This document shows positions 8,933-18,793 of a stretch of 46,102 nt of DNA, piece by piece. Source of the DNA: Candidatus Krumholzibacteriia bacterium (lineage in GTDB: Bacteria; Krumholzibacteriota; Krumholzibacteriia; Krumholzibacteriales; Krumholzibacteriaceae); contig JALOPX010000006.1 in NCBI GenBank assembly GCA_025453655.1, positions 1-46,102 on the forward strand, given 5' to 3'. A program made the translations under genes and the position numbers. Position 1 is the stretch's first letter. The number at the start of each line of letters is the position of its first letter. The notes under the pieces are model-generated. The model ran no database searches, was not told the DNA's origin, and was given only the letters and a program-made list of their open reading frames with translations.

Positions 8933-10417
8933 TTGAAGCTGTCGAAACTAATTGAAGGTCTGGCGATAAAGTCGGCTGTCGGGATGAGGGACGTCGAGAT
9001 CGGCCATATAACGGTCGACTCGAGGGAGGCGCGCGTCGGCAGCCTTTTCGTCGCGATCGCGGGCCACAAGCTCGACGGACACGATTTCATAGCCCAGGCG
9101 GTGAAGAACGGGGCTTCGGCGGTCATTGCCGACAGGGAGATCGGCGCCGGCGTCCCCGTGATTGCGGTCGCGGACACCTCTCTTGCCGAGGCCGTCCTGG
9201 CGAGGCGGCTTTTCGGCGAGCCGGATCTCTCCCTTCTTCTCGCCGGCGTCACCGGGACCAACGGCAAAACCTCGACGGCCTTCCTGCTCCGTTCGGTGCT
9301 CGAAAGGGCGGCGGGGCCCGCGGGGATCATCGGCACGGTAGGGTACGGGACGGCCGGCCGCATGAGATCCTCCGAGCGCACGACTCCCGGAGCCTCGGGG
9401 CTTTATTCGATACTCGGAGGATTCGTCGCCGGCGGATGCAGGTCGGCTGTCATGGAGGTCAGCTCGCACGCCGCCGCGCAGGGAAGGATCGAAGGCCTGG
9501 AATTCGACGTCGGAGTGTTCACCAACATCACGCGCGACCATCTCGATTATCACGGGACTCTCGAAAAATACATGGAGGCGAAGGAGATCTTCGTCCGTTC
9601 GCTCGACAGGCGGGGAAGAACCAAGAAGAACGGGACGATCGTCTACAACAACGACGATCTTCGCGTCAGGAGCGTAGGCGAAAGATTCGGAGGGGACAGG
9701 GTGTCGTTCGGCATGGGGGACGGCGCGATGGTGAGGGCGGAGGATGCCCGGGCGACGCTCGAAGGGACCTCCTTCACGCTCGCCACGCCGGTCGGCAGGA
9801 TCGGCGTCGACCTGAAGCTGCTCGGAAGGTTTTCGATCTTCAACGCCCTCGCCGCGGCCGGCGCGGCCCTCGCGGCGTCGATCGGGCTCGAAGAGATCAA
9901 GGCGGGGCTCGAAGGGGTGGAGGGGGTGCCGGGGAGGTTCCAGGTTATCAGAAGGGAAGGCGGCCCCGTCGTGGTCGTCGATTACGCGCACACCCCGGAC
10001 GCGCTGGAGAACCTGCTGCGTTTCTGCAGGGAGCTCGAGCCGGGCAGGCTGATCACAGTCTTCGGGTGCGGCGGCGACAGGGACAGGGGAAAGAGGCCGA
10101 TGATGGGGAAGGTCTCGGTGGAATACAGCGACCGCGTGATCGTCACGAGCGACAATCCGAGGTCCGAGGATCCCCGGTCGATAATAAACGAGGTGCTCGT
10201 AGGGACCGCCGGATCGAAGACGCCGGTGGACGCGATCGACGACCGCGCATCGGCAATACGCGCGGCCGTCGGCGAGGCCCGGGAAGGCGACATCGTCGCC
10301 ATCGCCGGGAAGGGGCACGAGGACTACCAGGAGGCCGGCGGGGTGAAGATACATTTCAGCGATACGGAAGAGGCGGGGAAGGCCCTGCAGGACGCGGAGG
10401 TGGGATATCAGGACTGA
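8933..10417 (+). CDS. murE: UDP-MurNAc-dipeptide:meso-DAP ligase MurE
   Basis: GVTGTNGKTS, MEVSSH, FTNITRDHLDYH, DYAHTPD, SDNPR (DAP-type), AGKGHEDYQ; TTG start abuts ftsI stop. Confidence 0.97.
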   Translation: MKLSKLIEGLAIKSAVGMRDVEIGHITVDSREARVGSLFVAIAGHKLDGHDFIAQAVKNGASAVIADREIGAGVPVIAVADTSLAEAVLARRLFGEPDLSLLLAGVTGTNGKTSTAFLLRSVLERAAGPAGIIGTVGYGTAGRMRSSERTTPGASGLYSILGGFVAGGCRSAVMEVSSHAAAQGRIEGLEFDVGVFTNITRDHLDYHGTLEKYMEAKEIFVRSLDRRGRTKKNGTIVYNNDDLRVRSVGERFGGDRVSFGMGDGAMVRAEDARATLEGTSFTLATPVGRIGVDLKLLGRFSIFNALAAAGAALAASIGLEEIKAGLEGVEGVPGRFQVIRREGGPVVVVDYAHTPDALENLLRFCRELEPGRLITVFGCGGDRDRGKRPMMGKVSVEYSDRVIVTSDNPRSEDPRSIINEVLVGTAGSKTPVDAIDDRASAIRAAVGEAREGDIVAIAGKGHEDYQEAGGVKIHFSDTEEAGKALQDAEVGYQD

Positions 10418-11807
10418 GCTTTCATGGGTTGCAGGCGTTCTGGGAAAATCCGGAATCGGCGCGGAAGGCGCGACGGTCGGCGGAGTGTGCACCGATTCGA
10501 GGGGCGACTGCGCCGGGCGCGTCTTCTTCGCGCTCGCCGGCGACAGCGCCGACGGGCACGATCACATCGGCGAGGCGGTCTCGAAGGGAGCGGCGGCCCT
10601 AGTCGTGAACAGGAATCGAAGCGAGGACGCCGCGGGGGCCGCGGGCGGCCTGCCGGTGATCGACGTTCCCGACACGCTGAAGGCGCTTCAGCGGCTCTCC
10701 GCCGCGTGGCGCGACCGCGTGGCGCCGCGGGTCGTCGGCATCACGGGGAGCGTCGGAAAGACGGGGACGAAGGAACTGCTCGCGTCGGTTCTCGCGCTGA
10801 AGTACAGGGTCCACGCGACGCGGGGCAATTACAACAATCACATCGGGGTCCCGCTGACCCTGCTTTCGATGGACGAGGATACGGAAATGCTTGTCGTCGA
10901 GATGGGAGCGAGCGCGAAAAACGAGATCCGGCTCCTCGCGTCGCTGGCCCGCCCGGAGACGGGGATCATAACGAACATCGCCTCCGGGCACCTGGAGAGC
11001 TTCGGGACGATAAAGGGCGTGGCGAAAGCCAAGGCGGAACTGATCGAAGGCCTTCCGGAGGGCGGCGCCGCCGTGCTTCCGGCCGACGACGAATTCTTCG
11101 GCTTCCTGAAGGAACGGACCAGGGCGAAGGTCGTCTCGTTCGGCTTTTCGCCGGAGGCCGGTTTCAGGCCTGCCGAACTCTCGAAAAAGGAGGGCGGCGG
11201 GTACTCCTTCACCCTCTCGGGGGCGAGGATGGAGACGTCGCGGTACGGAAGGCATCACGTTCTCAACGCGGCGTCCGTCGTCGCGGCCGCCTCGCTTTAC
11301 GGGATAAGCCCGGAGGACGCGGCTCCCGTCGTCGCCGCAGCCGGGCCCGCGGGGGGAAGAGGCGTAATGTGCGACATAGCCGGCATCACCTTCGTCGACG
11401 ATTCGTACAACTGCAACCCGGCTTCCCTGACCTCGGCGGTGGACGCCTTCATGGAAATGCCCGTGAAGGGGAGAAGGTGGCTCGTCCTCGGCGACATGCT
11501 CGAGCTCGGCGAGGCCGGCCCGGAGCTTCACGCCGAGATGGGGATCTATTGCGGCAAGGCGGGCGTCGACGGGCTGCTCACCCTCGGCGAGCTGACGGTC
11601 GAGCTCAACAGGGCGGCCGCCGAACAGCGCAGGGCCCCCGCCGACATCAGCCATTTCATCGACACGGGCGCACTCGCCGCCTACCTCGACTCCTTCCTCG
11701 CCGCGGGCGACTGCGTGCTGGTGAAGGGATCGAGATCGATGCGCATGGAAAAGGTGATCGATGAGATAGCCGCGCTGCGCAAGGCGGAGAAAAGGAAGGT
11801 TTGCTGA
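10407..11807 (+). CDS. murF: UDP-MurNAc-tripeptide:D-Ala-D-Ala ligase MurF (probable non-canonical ATC start at 10407; first canonical start is GTG 10485)
   Basis: TDSR, GITGSVGKT, NYNNHIGVPLTLL, EMG, DDSYN, LGDMLELG, VKGSR; start position inferred from SD GGAGGT at 10396-10401. Confidence 0.93.
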   Translation: MRTELSWVAGVLGKSGIGAEGATVGGVCTDSRGDCAGRVFFALAGDSADGHDHIGEAVSKGAAALVVNRNRSEDAAGAAGGLPVIDVPDTLKALQRLSAAWRDRVAPRVVGITGSVGKTGTKELLASVLALKYRVHATRGNYNNHIGVPLTLLSMDEDTEMLVVEMGASAKNEIRLLASLARPETGIITNIASGHLESFGTIKGVAKAKAELIEGLPEGGAAVLPADDEFFGFLKERTRAKVVSFGFSPEAGFRPAELSKKEGGGYSFTLSGARMETSRYGRHHVLNAASVVAAASLYGISPEDAAPVVAAAGPAGGRGVMCDIAGITFVDDSYNCNPASLTSAVDAFMEMPVKGRRWLVLGDMLELGEAGPELHAEMGIYCGKAGVDGLLTLGELTVELNRAAAEQRRAPADISHFIDTGALAAYLDSFLAAGDCVLVKGSRSMRMEKVIDEIAALRKAEKRKVC

Positions 11808-12892
11808 TGCTTTACCATCTCCTCTATCCGCTCAAGGAATATTTCTTCGCTTTCAACGTTTTCAGGTACATAACGTTCAGGGCTGCGTACGCCACGGTCA
11901 CCGCGCTTCTCATCTGTTTCATATTCGGGCCGAGGCTGATTAAATGGCTCGCGAGGCTCCAGATCGGGGAGAGGATAAAGAAGCAGGCGCCCGAAAGGCA
12001 CAGCGGAAAGGCGGGGACCCCCACGATGGGCGGCGTCCTCGTGATCGCGGCGATCGTCATACCGACCCTCCTCTGGTCGAACCTGACCAACCACTACGTG
12101 CAGGTCGCCGTCGGCGCGACCCTCTGGACGGGGATGATAGGGTTCCTCGACGATTATCTCAGCGTCGTGAAAAAGAGGGACAAGGGGCTGATCGGAAGAT
12201 ACAAGCTGATCGGGCAGCTCCTTTTCGGCGCGGCTCTCGGCGGCTACCTCGTGGCCAATCCGCTCGTGAGCCACGGGATGACGTCGACCGCGGTGCCGTT
12301 TCTGAAGGATCTCTACATAAACTGGGGATATTTCTACATTCCGCTGGTGATGCTCGTCATCACGGGGACCTCCAACGCCGTGAATCTCACCGACGGACTC
12401 GACGGACTGGCGACCGGTATCGCCGCATTCTGCTTTCTGGCTTTCGCGTTGCTCGCCTACCTCGGCGGCAACAGGGTCTTTTCCGAGTACCTGAACATTT
12501 TCTACCAGGAGGGAGCAGGAGAGCTGACGATCTACTGCATGTCGGTGGTCGGCGCGGCGCTCGGGTTCCTTTGGTTCAATACTCACCCGGCCCAGATATT
12601 CATGGGCGATACCGGATCGCTGGCTCTCGGCGGCGCGCTCGGCACCGTCGCGGTGCTGCTGAAGAGCGAGCTGCTTCTCGTCGTGATCGGAGGGGTCTTC
12701 GTCGCGGAGGCGCTTTCGGTGATCCTGCAGGTCGGCTCCTTCAAGGTCACCGGCAAGAGAATATTCAAAATGGCGCCGCTTCACCATCACTTCGAACTGC
12801 TCGGGTGGAGCGAGAGCCAGATCGTCGTGAGATTCTGGATCGTGGCCGCGCTGTTCCTGCTTCTCGGCATGAGCACGCTCAAATTGCGCTGA
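11807..12892 (+). CDS. mraY: Phospho-N-acetylmuramoyl-pentapeptide transferase MraY
   Basis: KAGTPTMGG, GFLDDY, SNAVNLTDGLDGLA, FMGDTGS, MAPLHHHFE. Confidence 0.98.
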   Translation: MLYHLLYPLKEYFFAFNVFRYITFRAAYATVTALLICFIFGPRLIKWLARLQIGERIKKQAPERHSGKAGTPTMGGVLVIAAIVIPTLLWSNLTNHYVQVAVGATLWTGMIGFLDDYLSVVKKRDKGLIGRYKLIGQLLFGAALGGYLVANPLVSHGMTSTAVPFLKDLYINWGYFYIPLVMLVITGTSNAVNLTDGLDGLATGIAAFCFLAFALLAYLGGNRVFSEYLNIFYQEGAGELTIYCMSVVGAALGFLWFNTHPAQIFMGDTGSLALGGALGTVAVLLKSELLLVVIGGVFVAEALSVILQVGSFKVTGKRIFKMAPLHHHFELLGWSESQIVVRFWIVAALFLLLGMSTLKLR

Positions 12893-12915
12893 GTCGCGGG
12901 CCGCGTGAAAGGCGG

Positions 12916-14277
12916 ATGGCTGTGGGATTGGGCGACGGAAATAAAAAAAGGACGGTGGTTTTCGGCATGGCGAGAAGCGGGATCGCCGCCGCGAGGCTTC
13001 TCCTCTCGAAGGGACGGGAAGTGGTCTGCGCCGACGAAGGCGGGAAGATCTCCATCCCTCCGGATCTTTCCGGCGCCGCGATGGTTTCCGGGAAGTTCAG
13101 CCCCGGCCTTCTCGACGGTGCCGCCGAAGTGGTCATCAGCCCGGGCGTTCCGATGGAGCATCCCCTGATGGCCGAAGCGGCCTCGAGGGGGATCCCGGTC
13201 ATCAGCGAGCTCGAGCTCGCCTTCAGGCATGCCGCCGCGCCGGTCATCGCCGTCACCGGGACGAACGGCAAGTCGACGACGGTCTCGATGATAGGAGAGA
13301 TACTGAAGGCGGCCGGGAAAGAGGCGATCGTCGCGGGAAACGTCGGCGTCCCTTTCAGCGGCGTCGCGGAAAGCCTGGGCCCTGACGGATTTTTCGTCAT
13401 AGAGGTCAGCAGCTTCCAGCTCGAGGCGGTCAGGCAGTTCCATCCGGCGTCGGCCGGCATCCTGAACCTGACGCCCGACCACCTCGACCGTTACCGCAGC
13501 CTCGATGACTATTACCGGTTGAAGGAAAGGATCGTCGAGAATTGCGGCGGGGAAGACCTTTATTTTTACAACGCCGACGACGCCGGCTGCGTTTCCGTCG
13601 CGGCGCGCTTTCCCGGAAGGCTCGCCCCGTTCTCATCGACCCGCGAGGCCGCCGGCGGCGCCTGGCTCGACGGCGACGATCTCGTAAGGACGGACCCGGG
13701 CGGCGCCCGGGAACGGATCATCGGCAGGCGCGAGATGGGGGTCGTCGGGATTCACAACGCCGAGAACGCTCTCGCCGCAGTCTCTTCGCTGCAGGGCCTG
13801 GGCATCCCGGCCGAGGCATGCCGAAGGGCCCTCGCCGCCTTCCGCGGGCTTCAGCACAGGATGGAGAGGGTGGCCGTGATATCCGGGGTGACCTGGTACA
13901 ACGATTCCAAGGCGACCAACGTGGAGGCCGCGGTGAAGAGCCTGTCCGGCCTCGACGCGCCGGTCGTTCTGATAGCGGGCGGGTACGACAAGGGGAGCGA
14001 TTACACGAAATTCCTCGAAGTGCTCCCCGGGATAAAGGCCGTCGTCACGATCGGAAAGGCGGCTCCGCTGATCGAGAAGGCGCTCGAGGGGCGGGTGCAG
14101 CTGGAGAGGGCGGACTCGATGATGGACGCCGTCGTGAAATCCTCCCGGATCGCCGCCCCCGGGGATATGGTCGTGCTGTCTCCGGCGTGCGCCAGCTTCG
14201 ACATGTTCAGGAATTTCGAGCACAGGGGCGAGGTGTTCAGGGAATGCGTTCTTGAAACCGGAGGCATGCTGGGTTGA
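12916..14277 (+). CDS. murD: UDP-MurNAc-L-Ala:D-Glu ligase MurD
   Basis: GMARSG, SPGVP, AVTGTNGKSTT, EVSSFQLE, NDSKATN, LSPACASFDMF; start could alternatively be GTG 12922. Confidence 0.97.
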   Translation: MAVGLGDGNKKRTVVFGMARSGIAAARLLLSKGREVVCADEGGKISIPPDLSGAAMVSGKFSPGLLDGAAEVVISPGVPMEHPLMAEAASRGIPVISELELAFRHAAAPVIAVTGTNGKSTTVSMIGEILKAAGKEAIVAGNVGVPFSGVAESLGPDGFFVIEVSSFQLEAVRQFHPASAGILNLTPDHLDRYRSLDDYYRLKERIVENCGGEDLYFYNADDAGCVSVAARFPGRLAPFSSTREAAGGAWLDGDDLVRTDPGGARERIIGRREMGVVGIHNAENALAAVSSLQGLGIPAEACRRALAAFRGLQHRMERVAVISGVTWYNDSKATNVEAAVKSLSGLDAPVVLIAGGYDKGSDYTKFLEVLPGIKAVVTIGKAAPLIEKALEGRVQLERADSMMDAVVKSSRIAAPGDMVVLSPACASFDMFRNFEHRGEVFRECVLETGGMLG

Positions 14278-15452
14278 AAAAGCGGCAGGGATACGACATG
14301 AAACTCTTCCTGATCACCTTCCTCCTGGTGGCGCTCGGGCTCATCATGGTCTTCTCGGCGAGCCAGGTGATAGCGAGGGAACAGTTCAGCTCGTCGTTCT
14401 TTTTCATACAGAGGCACGCCATCCGCGTGGCCATGGGGATCTGCTGCATGCTCGTCTGCATGAAGATACCCTTCGGCGTCTACAGGAAGATGTCGCTCTA
14501 CATCCTGATCCTCTCGATAATCCTCCTCTCGGCGATATTCATATGGGGCAGGGAGGTCAGGGGCGCCGTCCGCTGGCTCCAGGTCTTCAATTTCGTGATT
14601 CAGCCGGTCGAGGTCGCGAAGTACGCCCTGATAATCTTCCTTTCGGCAAGGATAGCGGACGGGAAGGAAAAAATCACCGATCTGAAGCGCGGGTTCCTCC
14701 CGCTGCTCGGCGTCGTCATAATGATGGCGACGCTCATCGGGTTTCAGCCGAACCTGAGCAACGCGGTCATGATCGTGCTGATTTCGATGGCGATGATGTT
14801 CATCGGAGGATGCAGGATACGCCACATAGCCTCGTTCGGCGCGGCCGTCGCGGCGGTCGGCGTGCCGCTCATGTACAGTTTCCCCCACGTCCGCGAAAGG
14901 TTCATGGTGCTGTGCGACAGGGGGGCCGATCTTCAGGGCCAGGGGTGGCAGGTCAACCAGTCCCTGATTGCCCTCGGTTCGGGATTCATTTTCGGCTGCG
15001 GCCCGGGCAACGGGCACCAGAAGTACAATTTCCTGCCCGACGCGCACACAGATTTCATCTATTCGATAATCGGGGAGGAACTCGGGATATTAGGGACGGT
15101 GTCCGTCCTCGTCCTTTTCGTGGTGCTGTTCAACAGGGCGCTTAGAACCGCGAAAAGGGCCCCGAACTCGTTCGGGTTTCTTTTGGCGATGGGAATAGGG
15201 CTTTCGATCTTTTCGACGGCCATAATCAACATTTCGATGACCCTCGGCCTCGTTCCGGTCGCGGGCCTTCCTCTGCCTTTCGTAAGTTACGGGGGGTCCT
15301 CGCTGATAACTTCAATGTCCGCGGTGGGGATCCTCCTCAGTATTTCGTCGAAGGGCCGCAACCCGGGCGGCCCGAAGAGGCATTTGACCCCCGACGCCGG
15401 CGCCGAGGTCGTCTACGCGATACGTTGCCGGGAGAAGGAAACGGTCTGGTGA
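14274..15452 (+). CDS. ftsW: SEDS peptidoglycan polymerase FtsW
   Basis: GAVRW, IQPVEVAK, LPDAHTDFIYSIIGEELG, LPFVSYGGSS. Confidence 0.96.
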   Translation: MKKRQGYDMKLFLITFLLVALGLIMVFSASQVIAREQFSSSFFFIQRHAIRVAMGICCMLVCMKIPFGVYRKMSLYILILSIILLSAIFIWGREVRGAVRWLQVFNFVIQPVEVAKYALIIFLSARIADGKEKITDLKRGFLPLLGVVIMMATLIGFQPNLSNAVMIVLISMAMMFIGGCRIRHIASFGAAVAAVGVPLMYSFPHVRERFMVLCDRGADLQGQGWQVNQSLIALGSGFIFGCGPGNGHQKYNFLPDAHTDFIYSIIGEELGILGTVSVLVLFVVLFNRALRTAKRAPNSFGFLLAMGIGLSIFSTAIINISMTLGLVPVAGLPLPFVSYGGSSLITSMSAVGILLSISSKGRNPGGPKRHLTPDAGAEVVYAIRCREKETVW

Positions 15453-16648
15453 TGGAGAAGGGGCTCAGGATAATCTTCGCGGGCGGAGGCACCGGCGGGC
15501 ACGTCTACCCGGCGCTCGCCGTGGCCGAGGCTTTCGCGGCGCGCCACGACCGTTTCGAGGCGCTTTTCACCGGGACCAGGGCCGGCCTCGAGGCGAAGGT
15601 GGTCCCGGAGGCGGGGCACAGGATCGTTTTCATCTCCTCGCGCGGCGTCAGGGGGCGCGGATTTACGGGAAAGATCGGCACGATGTTCAGGCTGGCGGCC
15701 GGCATTGTCGAATCCTCCGTGATAATCGCGCGGTTCAAGCCCGATCTCGTTTTCGGCTCGGGAGGATATGCAAGCGCGGCCACCGTCATGGCCGCCGCGA
15801 TCCTCGGGCGCAGGATCGTGATTCAGGAGCAGAATTCGGTGCCGGGCCTCGCGAACAGGGTTCTGGCACGGCGAGCCGAGAGGGTCTACATAGGGTTCAA
15901 AGAGGCCGCCGTCCGTTTCGGCGGCCGCAAGGGAGTCGTCTTCACCGGCAATCCGCTCAGGCGCGGCATCGCCCGGATAGCCGGCCCCGGCGCGCGCTCT
16001 CCCGAGAGCAGGCGGGAGGCGAGGAGGATCTTCGGGCTGTCAGGCGACAAGCCCGTTCTTCTGGTGTTCGGCGGCAGCCAGGGCGCGCGGACTCTCAACA
16101 GGGCCGCCGCCGGCTACCTGCTCTCGGATGAAAGGGTCCAGGGGATCATTCAGACGGGACGGAAGGACTTTGCGGAGATGAAGAGCCTGCTTGAGCCCGC
16201 GGGGGCGAGGGTTTTCCTCGCCGAGTACATATCCAACATCGACAGCGCGTACATGGCCGCCGACGCGGCCCTTGCCCGTTCGGGCGCCCTCAGCTGCGCC
16301 GAACTGACGGCGGTCGGCCTGCCCTGCGTACTCGTCCCCTATCCCTTCTCGGCGGACGACCACCAGGCCGGAAACGCGGGCGCGCTCGTAGGCGCCGGAG
16401 GCGCCGTGATGATAAGTGACCGCGATCTCGACGAAAACTCCCTCGGCCGCGCGCTGGCAGGGATGATTCACGATCCGTCGGCCCTTTCGAGGATGGGCGA
16501 ATCGCTCCGGACGCTGCATGTCGGCGATTCCGCCGAAATAATAGCGCGGGATATCGAGGATCTTTTGGGCATTCCCGGCCGTTCCGGCCGGGACGCAGGG
16601 CGCACGGAGGCGTGCGGCCGCGTGGAAGGAACGTGCGATGCTCGGTAA
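15452..16648 (+). CDS. murG: Lipid II GlcNAc transferase MurG
   Basis: GGGTGGHVYP, GGYAS, EQNSVPGLAN, GNPLR, GGSQGA, DHQ. Confidence 0.97.
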   Translation: MEKGLRIIFAGGGTGGHVYPALAVAEAFAARHDRFEALFTGTRAGLEAKVVPEAGHRIVFISSRGVRGRGFTGKIGTMFRLAAGIVESSVIIARFKPDLVFGSGGYASAATVMAAAILGRRIVIQEQNSVPGLANRVLARRAERVYIGFKEAAVRFGGRKGVVFTGNPLRRGIARIAGPGARSPESRREARRIFGLSGDKPVLLVFGGSQGARTLNRAAAGYLLSDERVQGIIQTGRKDFAEMKSLLEPAGARVFLAEYISNIDSAYMAADAALARSGALSCAELTAVGLPCVLVPYPFSADDHQAGNAGALVGAGGAVMISDRDLDENSLGRALAGMIHDPSALSRMGESLRTLHVGDSAEIIARDIEDLLGIPGRSGRDAGRTEACGRVEGTCDAR

Positions 16649-18011
16649 GGTGAAACATGTGCATTTCGTCGGAATCGGCGGAATCGGCATGAGCGGGATA
16701 GCCGAGGTGCTCCTGAACCTCGGGTTCGAGGTGAGCGGATCGGATATCGAGGAGAGCTCCATCACGGACAACCTCTCGTCCCTCGGGGCGAGGATAAGCA
16801 GGGGGCACATGGCGGAGAATATCGAGGGGGCGGATATCGTGGTCGTCTCGTCGGCCGTATCTCCTTCGAACCCGGAGGTGGCGGCGGCCGCCGCCGCGGG
16901 GATACCGGTGATCCCGCGCTCCGACATGCTCGGCGAACTGATGAGGATGAGGACCGGCATCGCCGTCGCGGGGGCCCACGGGAAAACCACGACCACCTCG
17001 CTCGCCGGCGTCGTGCTTCAGGAAGCGGGGCTCGACCCCACGATCATCGTAGGGGGGAAATTGAAAAGCCTCGACACGAACGCGAGGCTCGGCGAAGGCG
17101 AATTTCTCGTCGCCGAGGTCGACGAGAGCGACGGCAATTTCGTCCGGCTTTCCCCCGCCGTGGCGATTATAACGAACATAGACGCGGAGCATCTCGATTT
17201 CTACGGAAGCCTCGAGAGAATCCAGGACGCGTTCACGCGGTTCGCGCGGCAGGTGCCGTTCAACGGGGCGGTGATCTGCTGCCTCGACGATCCGAACGTC
17301 AGAAGCGTCATGCCGCGCATAGACCGCAGGATAATAACGTACGGATTCTCCGCCGAGGCGCACGTGCGCGGGGAGATCAGGGAGGAGTCCGTCGACGGCA
17401 CCACCTTCAGCGTCATCATCGGCGGGAAGGAAAAGGGCGAAATGTTCCTCAGGCTGCCGGGCAGGCATAACGTTCAGAACGCTCTCGGCGTCTGCGCCCT
17501 GGCCGACGAGCTAGGGATAGACCTCGCGATCGTCGGGAAGGCGTTTACCCGATTCAGCGGCGTCGGAAGGCGTTTCGAATTCAAGGGCGAAAGGGACGGC
17601 GTCGTGGTCATGGACGATTACGGGCACCATCCGACGGAGGTCAGGGCCGCAGTCGAAACGGCGCGACGGAGCTTCACCCGCAGGCTCGTGGTGGTGTTCC
17701 AGCCTCACAGGTACACCAGGACGCGCGACCTCCACCGGAGGTTCAACGAATGTTTTCTCATGGCGGACGAGGTCTTCATAACCGACGTGTACGCGGCCGG
17801 CGAACGCCCCATCCCCGGGGTCACCGGCGAGCTCATCTGCAGAAGCGCCCTCAAGGGGGGAGTGAAGAAGCTGACTTACATCCCGGCCTGGGATGACCTT
17901 CGTGTCGCGGTTTACGGGAGCCTCCGGCCGGGGGATCTTCTTCTGACTCTCGGAGCGGGCAATATCTTCAGGCTCGGCGAGGAATTTTTAAAAGGAAAGG
18001 GCGAGGAATGA
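16638..18011 (+). CDS. murC: UDP-MurNAc:L-Ala ligase MurC
   Basis: HFVGIGGIGMSGIA, GAHGKTTTTS, EVDESD, DDYGHHPTE, FQPHRYTRT. Confidence 0.98.
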   Translation: MLGKVKHVHFVGIGGIGMSGIAEVLLNLGFEVSGSDIEESSITDNLSSLGARISRGHMAENIEGADIVVVSSAVSPSNPEVAAAAAAGIPVIPRSDMLGELMRMRTGIAVAGAHGKTTTTSLAGVVLQEAGLDPTIIVGGKLKSLDTNARLGEGEFLVAEVDESDGNFVRLSPAVAIITNIDAEHLDFYGSLERIQDAFTRFARQVPFNGAVICCLDDPNVRSVMPRIDRRIITYGFSAEAHVRGEIREESVDGTTFSVIIGGKEKGEMFLRLPGRHNVQNALGVCALADELGIDLAIVGKAFTRFSGVGRRFEFKGERDGVVVMDDYGHHPTEVRAAVETARRSFTRRLVVVFQPHRYTRTRDLHRRFNECFLMADEVFITDVYAAGERPIPGVTGELICRSALKGGVKKLTYIPAWDDLRVAVYGSLRPGDLLLTLGAGNIFRLGEEFLKGKGEE

Positions 18012-18766
18012 GATTATCGAGGCGTGGCGGGGCGAACCCGGCGGCGGAACGAGCGCCGAAAAGGATTCGCGTAATGCGGATAGCGGCGGTTTCGCTGGCC
18101 GTGGCGGCGGTATCCGGCGCCGCGTGGGTATTCTTTTTCACGACCGCCTTCGAGCTCAGGGAGATCAGGCTGAACGGCGGAAGGTACATGCCCGAGGATT
18201 CCCTGAGCGCCGTTCTCAGGACGCACCTCGGCAGCAACATATACACTCTTCCCCATTCCAGGCTTGAAAGGGAGCTGAAGGCGTTTCCCGAGGTGGCCCG
18301 CGTCACGTTCCGCCGGCGCCCGCTTCACGGGCTCGATTGTTACGTGGAGGAGAGGGTGCCAGTGGCGCTGATAAACCTCGAGACCATCTTCGGCGTCGAC
18401 GCCGGAGGCGTGGTGCTTCCCCTGAGGTCGGGCCCCTGGGACGTGGACCTGCCCCTCATAACGGGCATAAGCAGCGACGAGGCAAAAACGGAAAAGGGCG
18501 CGAGGATGATACAAAGATCGATGGAGATCCTCCAGCTCCTCAAGGATTTCGATTTTTCCCCGGCCGAGCTCCTCTCCGAAATACACGTGGAGGACTCCGA
18601 CGTGATCCTGGTCCTGCTCGACGGCGGCACGTCGATACAGATGGGGACCGGGGATTACGAGGAGAAGGTGCGAAAGCTGAGAACCGTGTACGGATCCCTG
18701 CGCGACGAGGAGTCGTTCCCGGGATTCATAGACCTGAGGTTTGAACGGCAGGTCGTCATTCGCTGA
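18008..18766 (+). CDS. ftsQ: Cell division protein FtsQ/DivIB
   Basis: TM helix, POTRA-like segment, VEERVPVA, C-terminal IDLRFERQVVIR; upstream of ftsA. Confidence 0.9.
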   Translation: MRLSRRGGANPAAERAPKRIRVMRIAAVSLAVAAVSGAAWVFFFTTAFELREIRLNGGRYMPEDSLSAVLRTHLGSNIYTLPHSRLERELKAFPEVARVTFRRRPLHGLDCYVEERVPVALINLETIFGVDAGGVVLPLRSGPWDVDLPLITGISSDEAKTEKGARMIQRSMEILQLLKDFDFSPAELLSEIHVEDSDVILVLLDGGTSIQMGTGDYEEKVRKLRTVYGSLRDEESFPGFIDLRFERQVVIR

Positions 18767-18793
18767 TTGCCGGAAGGAGGTGATTCGCGGGTT

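Noticed and set aside
10424-11764. 446-aa ATG-initiated ORF that could be taken for murF
   Set aside because: Wrong frame; Arg-rich nonsense translation, while the MurF motifs are in the 10407/10485 frame
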